Assembly (NCBI RefSeq): GCF_964355755.1
Contig: NC_092676.1
Location: 19,796,871-19,860,870 of the forward strand
Reading direction: 5' to 3'
Source: Antedon mediterranea
Lineage: Eukaryota; Animalia; Echinodermata
DNA length: 64,000 nt
Below the pieces are notes generated by a model. It did no database searches and was not told the origin of the DNA. It saw only the letters and a list, made by a program, of their open reading frames with translations. Both the position numbers and the translations under genes were made by a program. This document shows positions 27,701-37,494 of the stretch, in pieces (the first letter of the stretch is position 1; the number at the start of each line of letters is the position of its first letter).

Positions 27701-29001
27701 AAAAACCAAAAGACGAATAACATGTAAAATAATGTAGGCCTATGTTTTTGTTGCATACGGTTGCTAAACAGCTTGAACAAATAATGTACGTTTCCATTAC
27801 CTGTAAGTATTGTCAATGCTCGTCTGTCTTAACTTCTTTAACCGTAATATGAGATTGATTGCCATGACGGTTGCTAGTGTCAATATTTGTTTAGGAATTG
27901 TCGAATAAAAGGAAACTTAGTTGTTTTTTGTTAGATACTTTTGTCGGCAATATAATTGGATTTAAATAAGAGTGAACTTTGATATCAATCAATACAAATA
28001 TCTCGGTCACTTCGCAGCAAATGTGACTTACAAGAATCATTCTCACGAAACGTAGATACAGAAAGATCGGAAAATAAGAAAGACGAATATTACACAGACT
28101 AATGTTTTTAGAGACTCTTTTCTATATGAGAGAAACACGTCGCAGAGGACATTTATTTATCGCTGTTCCTGTATGTTACTTTTGCTTGTAAGAGACGTGA
28201 CGCGATGAAATTACCAGAGACTATAAAGTATTGTCTCCAGGCTATCAGGTTATGCTCATAACTGTCATAACTCATGCTAATGGATTTCACTGACAAACAG
28301 CTGATTTCATAAGGAAAAAATAATAATTTTGGTGATAGAATTCTACGAAGGATTAACATAGAAATACGAATGCATGAGAGAACGTCAATCTTCATACACT
28401 CGTTGGATGTATGGATTGTTGGATGCGAATTGATATCTCTTGAACGACTTCGTATAAATAAGATACGATAAGTAACACTTGAACAGGTGGTTTATATTTG
28501 TTATAGAAACATTTTAGCATTGAATCGAGCTATTCTCTACGCAATTTTAATAATTGCTTGTTATAAACGTTTCAGCTTTATCATTTTCTCAAGAGCTTGA
28601 ACAAATTATCGTTATTGGATAAAGGATTATTACCTACTAATAGTTGATCAGAACAAATATATACGCATTGCAAAATTGAAAATCAATTTTTTTAATAGAG
28701 TTTATTTTTTTCGTTCCCTTTTTGCTCTGGGTGTTTGTAATTAGATATTTCATCCTTTAGAGCGTTTCAGCGAGTTTCATTCTTCTTCAGAGCGTTTCAT
28801 TCGTTTATGTAGAAAATCAATATGTTTTGTGGATGAGCATATTGTAATTAGAGCTATTTTATACTAAAACAATATCGATAACAAAACGAATATATAAAGT
28901 AAGAAATCTATACGTACTGCTATAAAATGTATTATTGAAAATAAGTTAACAATGATACTGTACATTGATAATACTAGTAATAATAATTGTCAGAAAAAAA
29001 C

Positions 29002-30276
29002 ATGGAAAATATGCCTAATGTTAGTAAAAAGAAGAAATCTCACAATCGAATGGAGAGAGTCCATTTTGAGAATTCCAAGCTTGCAGCAATGTATATTCAT
29101 AATATCTTAAACATAGAAACACAGATGAAAATTAAAATGGCGATTCTTTATCGGGAAAAACAGAAAGTTGAACTTGAATATAAAGCTCAGAAAAAGGAAA
29201 AACTTCGCATTCGGAGTGAACCACGGATAGCATTCGATGATATTAAAGAAAAAAGTCTGCCAAAGTCGGCTAGCAAGGTAAGACCAGTTAAACCTGCCTT
29301 GCGAAGCCCTGCTGCGACGATAAAGTCCGAACGACGAGTAGCGTTTGCTAGTGTTGGCACGGACGATGACTCAGATGACTTAAGTGACGACGATGAAGAT
29401 TCAACACAGGATCAGTCAGTACCAAATTTATTATTCAGTGGGTTAACACCTTCTCGAAGAACTCAAATGTCAACAGTAGTAGAGGAACCATCTGACGAAG
29501 AAGACGACACCGACGCTGTCAAAACAGAGCGTCCTCCTCTATTGAACTCATTCAGAAGTGCATTTTCTGGTAAACGTCAAAGTGTTTGTAAAAACGAAGC
29601 AGACTCGATTTCTTTAAAATCCAAGTTATTATCATCTTCAGCAGAATCTTACAATCAACTAGCACCGGTACCAATGCCTTCATTCCCGACTCATGATAAC
29701 GGTATGACATCCCTAAAGGCGCTAGCATTCCAGACAGATATGCGAATGGTTAAACCCGAGGAAATTACTGTAGAACAAACAGCAGAATTTTCTGGTCGAT
29801 TTACTCGACGTCGAAGTAGAAGCGCCATCATGTCTGATGTCGCAAATATGAGGCGGAGGACTGTAACGGGTTATCGTCCGCCAAGCGCTCCGTCTAAGAT
29901 GCAACCGTTTGCTGGGGTTTTAGGGCAGTCACAATTTGCATCAGCCGTACAAACGTCAAGCGATTGGAACAGGCAGTCGAGAGAAAAAATGAATGACACA
30001 TGGAAGGCGTATCGTCTTCCATCGTTAGTAGTTGACGAGTCACAATCACAGTCATTTTTCGTGCAATTAAACGAGAAAAAGAAAGTTCAAGAAAATGAAA
30101 CTTTGCTCTTTTTGCGAAAAGTAGACCAAACACGCGAAAATGGAGATTTGAATAGGAGATTGAAATATTATTTTTCGAAAGGAGATCGTTCTGTTTCTCA
30201 AGACAATGAGAATGACATAATCGGAGAAGAAGAAGAAAAAATGATGTTTGAACGAATACGTGGACTTCGTAGTTGA
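29002..30276 (+). CDS. Uncharacterised 424-aa protein, intronless CDS: N-terminal basic coiled coil, acidic/Ser-rich disordered centre, C-terminal helical region
   Basis: A 1275-nt stop-free, non-repetitive ORF in very AT-rich DNA, with ATG in AAACATGG context and coding-like composition. No family recognised. Confidence 0.75.
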   Translation: MENMPNVSKKKKSHNRMERVHFENSKLAAMYIHNILNIETQMKIKMAILYREKQKVELEYKAQKKEKLRIRSEPRIAFDDIKEKSLPKSASKVRPVKPALRSPAATIKSERRVAFASVGTDDDSDDLSDDDEDSTQDQSVPNLLFSGLTPSRRTQMSTVVEEPSDEEDDTDAVKTERPPLLNSFRSAFSGKRQSVCKNEADSISLKSKLLSSSAESYNQLAPVPMPSFPTHDNGMTSLKALAFQTDMRMVKPEEITVEQTAEFSGRFTRRRSRSAIMSDVANMRRRTVTGYRPPSAPSKMQPFAGVLGQSQFASAVQTSSDWNRQSREKMNDTWKAYRLPSLVVDESQSQSFFVQLNEKKKVQENETLLFLRKVDQTRENGDLNRRLKYYFSKGDRSVSQDNENDIIGEEEEKMMFERIRGLRS

Positions 30277-30332
30277 CGGTTTTTTAGTACTACAACACTA
30301 AAGGTTATTTTAGAGAAACCTTCTACAAATGT

Positions 30333-30368
<36 letters not shown>

Positions 30369-30450
30369 CAATATTTAAAACAAAATAATACTATATATAT
30401 ATATATGATGTGTTTATATATATATATATTTTATATATATATATATATAT

Positions 30451-30743
30451 AAACACATCAGGCAATGAACATTAATTCGAAACCGCCCGGTGATATACTG
30501 AAATTTAATTTATTCATTTGAAACGATAAAGATGAGGAAATCTGTGAGAATGAGAAAAAGTCGCCCCAACCGAGACTCGAACTCGGACCGCCTGCTTGAT
30601 ATGCAGATGTCCTAACCATTAGACCACTGGGGCTTTCATAGTGTTGTTCGAACTCGATTGAATTGGATAGCGACTCTTTAACATTCTCGGCGTGGTACGG
30701 CGGAACAGCACTAGTCCTCAGGTGTACGCACGCGCACCAGAGA
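30451..30743 (-). mobile_element. (TA)n-inserted repeat with an internal tRNA-like gene
   Basis: Layout: ~110-bp leader, 72-nt tRNA, TTTTT, ~105-bp tail, between TA runs. The tail recurs at 14943-15060 and partly at ~53484-53508. Confidence 0.7.
30562..30633 (-). tRNA. tRNA-Asp-like cloverleaf with ATC anticodon (probably repeat-borne or a pseudo-tRNA)
   Basis: GCCCCAG TG GTCTAATGGTTAGGAC A TCTGC ATATCAA GCAGG CGGT CCGAG TTCGAGT CTCGG TTGGGGC G. All four stems pair, A and B boxes are intact, the discriminator is G, and ACTTTTT follows. Confidence 0.6.
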
Positions 30744-31291
30744 TTATATGTAATATATATATAAATCATACTGTAAGATGTAGAAACAGTGCTCATATTC
30801 GGAACATGATCTCATAATCGCGTCAAATATAGCTCATTGGCGAAAGTTCCAATTGATTTATATATATATATTTATATATTTATGAGGTATGCTACTCTGG
30901 TATCAAAGTCAGATAGAGTACTGCCGTATAATATTCTAGATAAACATAGCAAGTGTATGATGTTTACACACTATGATTAATAGTTTTTGCTACTTGACAT
31001 ATTTGGAGACATTTTGTTTTCTTGATAACATTTTTATTTAAGCTGGTACATGTGATTAACAGTTACTAAAACGCCTTGCCTTTTTATAATAGTATAAAAT
31101 TTTTCATTTGTCTATAAATATTTCCTAATGAGGTAGACTGGACATTGTAATATATAGTCTCTCTTCTAGGCTAATATTGAAAATTTTTTTGGCACAAATG
31201 GCGTGTCATACGTATACTTGAGCTGAATATATTTTCAGGAATCAGAAAAAAGTATTCTTACAATAAAGAAACTGGTTTGTTTAAAACATTT

Positions 31292-34200
31292 CTAAAATGA
31301 TAACACAGCCCCTTTAATGTTTACCGGCTCTGGTGGGTTTTCAATATCAACCTTACTACCAACAATTCGAAGCTCACATTCAGCAGGTGGTGGCGTTCCT
31401 CCAGCGCCAGCTGACATTGTAAAATGAAGAAAAAATTCAAATACGAAAAACTGTTGAAAATTCTATAGTTTATTGGTTGATAGTAGCTTTTAAATTTCAC
31501 TTACACTGTGCCTGGCTGTAAGTTCTTTGCAAAATCCCTTGCATTGTTGATAATACCTTTTCACATGCAAGCTGAAAATAAATACAATATTTTAAATAGC
31601 AAATAAAGAATAAACTAACTACTATTGATAAACATAATTTAAGTTAAGATATACTTTGGAAAACCTCGCCAATGGGATTTTCCATTGATTTTAGTTTATA
31701 AGTTTTCTCTTTCATTTTGCATTTTATATAATTTCATTAAAAAATGATGTGTTAATTTGAATTGAAAGGAATAAAAGTTGAATTGATTTGAAGAAAATAA
31801 AAGAACTCTTAAACATATATGTAATGTTTTTATTAAATAAAAAATAAAAGGGAAACACATTTTAGAAAGAAAAATTTACTAACGAAGTAAAAGATTTGAA
31901 TATGAATTATTACAACAAAACTTTAAAGAAATTAATTAACCAATCAAAAGAGCTGTATAAATTAATCAACCAATCAAAAGATCTGGATGATATATATTTG
32001 TGAAGAAAGGGAAATAAGATCACGAATAGAATGGTTTGAAAAAGTCCAGGGAAAAACAAACATAATAACATAATATGTCTTCTTTCAAATGCTGTGTATA
32101 CAATTAACTAGTGAACAAATGGGCATGTGATTCATAATTAAAGAACTATCTGTGATTTGTATGTATCTTTGCGATTAAAGGAAATATTTTTAATAATTAA
32201 TCATAAATTAATCAAAACAAAAATGATTAATTTTAAAATGTCGAGCGGAGTTTTTTGTAAGAAATATTTCTTGTTTTTAACCTTGTGTACAAAATGGAAT
32301 ACGATATCTTCAATTTTGCATTCAATAAAGGTCAATTGTTATACAAAGAAGCACAGTATGATTTCTTCAGTATACACAATTCGTCTTTTCAAAGTACACA
32401 CATGTCATTGATTCAATGAAAGCCAAAATTGATATAGTAACTTAGAATAAAATACAATACGATTAATACACTTTTTTTAACACATTCTCTGAACCAAATA
32501 AAAATGGGAAAGAGTAAATTAAAACAAATTGGCCCAGAAAAAGGTATTGTGAAACAGTAAAGTTGCACAAAATTGAATTTTAAACTTGTACAGAAAGTTG
32601 GCAAAGAAATTGAAACTATTGTATCGAAAATCTCTTTGATTAGTTTTACCGTAGATGTTTAAAATAATTGTGAAAATCTAGCATAACAATAATATAATAA
32701 TCATAGGCCTAATTATTACAAAACAAAAAATAATAATTTATATTCTTGCTGGAAATTATTATAGGTGCAATTAAGAAACAAACAAAAATTAGAATTAATA
32801 TTTAATATAGGCCAGGACATGTACTGTATGTAGAGTTAAACCAACCTGAAGATTGTCTGGATGTCTGTGTGTCCATACGAGTAGAAGAGCAGATAAGACA
32901 TCACCAGTTCCTTTAAACCTCATGTTTAATTTTGGATACTCAAATTTAAAACCAGTTTTCTTCCCGTCTGTGGGAAAAGGAACACATTTGTCTTTCTTTG
33001 TCAAGGCAGTTTATCAAACCCCATTGCCATTCTTCACCACTGCCTCGCCCCTCCTCTCCTTGGTAAAACCTCAATTGAAACCAATGTTTGTAATATAGTT
33101 TCTCACATGAATTAATTAATTCATAAATTAAGAAAAAGCTTGTTACCTTTGACCTGTGTGGCAATTAGTGTTAGTGTATCTTGCTTGCCTTCAGTTTCAT
33201 AACTGGTGAGTATCACAGTCTTTACTCCTTTATCATGTAGAATTTGCATAGCTTTCAGTGCTTCCTCTTCAATGGTAATTTTTATTCCAGTTAAAAGTCT
33301 AAAGTCAACCAAACATATTATCTAGAAAAAGAACTAAAACGCCTAGGCTCATGTCAATTGTCTTTCATATAGGCCTAGATTTGAACCCAGGACCCTGGGC
33401 ATGGAAATCACAAACTATCATTCAAGTTACTTGTGGTTACATTATAAAAAAATATATATTAAGATATCTAACCAGATCAGACATAAGTGAAAGATGACAA
33501 ATTTGGTAGATTCTAAATCCCGAATGTTCCCGCTTGTCACTTTCAACTTACTCAGCCTCAAACTGGTTTGGTGTAACAATATCTGCCAGAGGGATAACTT
33601 CATCACGATAAATTGGTATCAGTTCTTTTAAAACATAGAAGATACCATGATCTCCTAAGAGTGGATCACACAGATATACCACATTTGGATTAGCCTCTTG
33701 TATATCCTTCACCACACGTATAACCTCACGAAGGAAAGATATTGAATTTACACAGCCTGTAATGTAATAAACTTTTATTATTATCCAGATCTATTTTGCT
33801 TAGACAATTTGATTCCATGATTTTACTTAAGCCAGATTAATGTTCTTCTACTATCGCCTTTAAATCTGCCTTGAAAACTCATCTTTTTAGTCGCGTGGAC
33901 GCGAGTCTATAGTTCACTATGTCGGTCGGTCGGTCAGTCTGTCGGTCTGTCTGTCGGTCCGGTATCACTATGCGACACGCGACTTATGGCTGTTGGCCTT
34001 GTTCAAATTGAGTTCTCTCATACACCGCGCCTTTGATCACTTACTGCTGGAATTGGCGCATTACAAATTCGTATTATTATTATTATCATCATCATTTTTA
34101 ATTTTTAACTTCAATTATAATTCCTTACAGCAATATGCCAGCTTATTAATGAAACAACTTGATAATTATTATACACATGCGCATAAAACTTATCTGAATA

Positions 34201-34966
34201 ATTCAAAACAATATTAAATAATGTTTAGGCATGAGATCTTTTAACAGAAATAAACAAGGCTCAGTATTGCCATGGAGAAATCAGTTAGTGATTTCTCCAT
34301 GGTATTGCTGAGGTTAGGATATTTCTTATGGGACATAAGAAGCTAAAATCTAGTGTATGTATGAGGCTATTTAACTACTGTAGGCTTACATCCTTACCAG
34401 TTAAAACGTGAGAATATCTATTTATGTCATTTTCCTTGATACCATCATATAGACATTTTAGATCGTCACCATTTAAAACCTGGCCGTTGCAAACTTTATA
34501 ATGCTTTGGGTTGCATCGTTGAATTGAATTGATAATATCAACATCAAATCCAAGAAGCTGTTAGAATAATAAAAATAAAACTATAGGTCTACATTGTTCT
34601 CTAACCATATTATACAGACGTACCAGTCATCGTATTCCTAGACTCCATACAAGGCTATATTCTGATGATTCTTATATTAATCGAATGCATTTTACTTAGT
34701 GTAGTATTAGATGGGAATTTGTTTTATTACAGTGTATATAACAGTGTTTTTTTTAGGTACGTCATACATCATATGATGTGCACAATGAACGAATGGGCGA
34801 TCACAATGGTAAAATCGCACCTGCACCATTGCTGCCTGTTTTACTTAAATAAAATGTACTTATTTACTTGCATTGGGAACACGGCTGCCTTGTTTCCAAT
34901 ATATCCGGACACAACATGAATTTGTATTGACAAAACACGGGGTTGATGATCTAGGCCTGTCGACAT
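31292..34966 (-). CDS. PDXK: Pyridoxal kinase paralogue A (divergent B6 pocket), 7 exons, 307 aa
   Basis: Exons 34966-34868, 34557-34398, 33756-33552, 33298-33147, 32967-32846, 31571-31505, 31410-31292 total 924 nt with an open frame. Motifs: [48 protein letters not shown]. Confidence 0.9.
33884..34003 (+). mobile_element. Helentron/DINE-1(HINE)-like element inserted into an L2-like LINE 3' end (33855-34085)
   Basis: TTTTTAGTCGCGTGGACGCGAGTCTAT, then a (GTCG/GTCT)n tract, then CACGCGACTT...GCCTTGTT, inserted at a T-run. The left flank encodes [10 protein letters not shown] and the right flank ends in an (ATT)n tail. A weaker relative lies at ~13900-13985. Confidence 0.55.
34264..34308. mobile_element. 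31-bp TIR-only remnant with a 7-bp target-site duplication (P/Galileo-like)
   Basis: GTATTGC|CATGGAGAAATCA GTTAG TGATTTCTCCATG|GTATTGC. Confidence 0.7.
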
Positions 34967-37494
34967 TATTCTATTTTACTCGGCTAGAATCGATGACGTT
35001 TAGGAGCTTATAATCCAGTTATAATCTGTATTTACTTAAAAATTCATGAGAAAGAATAATATGAATAACCCATTGTCAGACTCAAACCAACCGATTAACA
35101 AAACCATTCAATTGACAAAACACAATACTGCAATATCAACCAATTACCTAGGGCAGCAGTCAAAATACTGCGGCAATCTCAAGATTTTTAGGCGCATTCT
35201 CTTGCTTTTCTAATCATTGAGCATGTCCCACGTACTAGGCCTACTCCATATGGGTTACTATTGGAGTCACAAACACTTATGATGCAACCGTATTTTGAAA
35301 ATAAGGAGATAATGCATGTTGATCTCGGGAGTGGGGGAAGATTGAGTGTTTTTGAGTTTATAAAATTACTATTTTCAGGTGCGCTAATTTAAGATTAGTA
35401 ATAGTAACCGACTACTGTAATAGTAACCCCTTCTAATAGTAATTCCCACCCTACAAAACAATAAAAGAATAATAACCAAGGGTTACAATTAGAATATTTA
35501 CGGTAGCCCCACTGTAGGCCTCCTTCTTTTAATATTCGCAGTAAATTTGAAACATTATTAGCAAAAGGAAATCGTTGTGATCTCAATACCAATAAAATTC
35601 AATTTGTGTTGAGAATGTAAAATTACAATATTTCAATTCTTATGGTTTTTATATGCCATTTTAAGGTCACATAAATACTTATTTACTTTGACAAAAAATT
35701 AAATCGAAAAAAAAGTATTTACAGGTAAATTTAAAGTCCTTTTTTCTAAATTTAATCGTTCAGTTTGTGTTCATATTTTTCTACGAAAGTGATTATCTTT
35801 AATTGTCTATTTAAATTGTGATTTTATTCATCTTAAATTTCATATTTTTTGGGGACAATAAATCTTTACAGTAAACATAGCAAATACAAACTATTAACTA
35901 CGGTATGTGTTTTATATCTGGGAGTTTTATTTGTATTTGGAATGATAAAGCAGTGCAAATGATAACGTAAATTACGTCAAATACAGTATATAGCACTACA
36001 GCAGTACATTAACGCAAATTACGTCAAAACACCGCATACTGTACTACAGTGCTACATGACTATACAATACTGTAATAACAATAATGTACATATGTAAAAA
36101 TACTGGCCAATCAAATCGGGCAAGCAATGTCATTGCAATGACGTAAATTACGGTTAGATCGTCTGATTAACAGTAAATATTACCGTTAACTATATTTACG
36201 ATGTGTCAATATATCGTGTTGAAGCATAAGGTAAGCTACGCAAACATTGATTGAAGATTTTAACCGTTTTTTTACCCCCTTTTCCTGTCAAATCGTTAAA
36301 TCTGTCAACTCAACGATCGACAGGAAAACAGGCTTTATGAGCACCTCAGCATACAGTACAATGTTTATGAGGTACTTTGGTGTAAAAATTACATACAGTA
36401 TAGTAGTTATCTTTAGTTTATGTATATTTGTGCATTTATACAGATGTATCTATACCTACTATACTACGATGAAACGCCATGTGTGCCAAAATATTTATCT
36501 TTTTACCAAAGTCGAAATACAGTCTTAACCTAGTAGTAGTACACTGTATGCAGTATCTGCAGGCAACATATTGTTTTTGTGAGAAATGTTTATTTTTATC
36601 ATGCTGGTTTCCTTAGATATTTTCCTCCAGTATTTTCCTTCTGTGACATTCCCAATTACATTAAAATACTGGGGTATTATTTTGCTCGGGAAGAAATGTT
36701 ACAATGGAAACCAGCCTTCTCCCCTTCATTTTATCTTCTTCTCTACTATTAAAGCTAGATCCTTCATTATCTGAAATATACTTATTGCTATCTTAATTTT
36801 AAAATGCCATTTATTTAATACAGATCACAGAAAACTGTAAACCTTTGTACATATTCTATTCTATAGAAAATGTAACTATGTTCCTAATTGATATTTATTA
36901 CAAAATTGTAGTAATTCAATTAAATTATTATCCTATTAACGAAATTAAAAGTAACTTTCCTATTTTTAAAATGTCATAAATGACATAAGTCTAATTCATT
37001 ATCAGTTTCAATTAGCATAAAAATAATTTATTTTGAAATAATATGAACAACTTTTCTGAAATTATGAAAGATCTTTATCTACAAAGCGAGACATCGTTCG
37101 CAGGATGCAAATTGAAATAAAAAATAACACAAACAGGACAATTTATTTGCAGGATTTATCAAACTTAACATAAATGTCAAGGTATTAATTAGTAACTTAT
37201 GTAGCATAAAACTGTAAATTTCATTTGTCTATATAAATAATTTGTAATGAGAGGACTTTAACAAAAGAACAATATGAATACTATATTTTGGAATGTTGTA
37301 GGATATGAACCAATGCCCTTGGTAATGGAAGACAAGCACCACCAAGCAACAGCTCTCCAATTAAACCTAATTAGTACACCTTTAACACCATCAATTGCAG
37401 TAATATAAATATTTTATATATTTTATCAGGAAAATAATATTCTTACAGTACGGAGAGACTAGGGTAATATTTAAAGCTATATGGAAAAACATTG

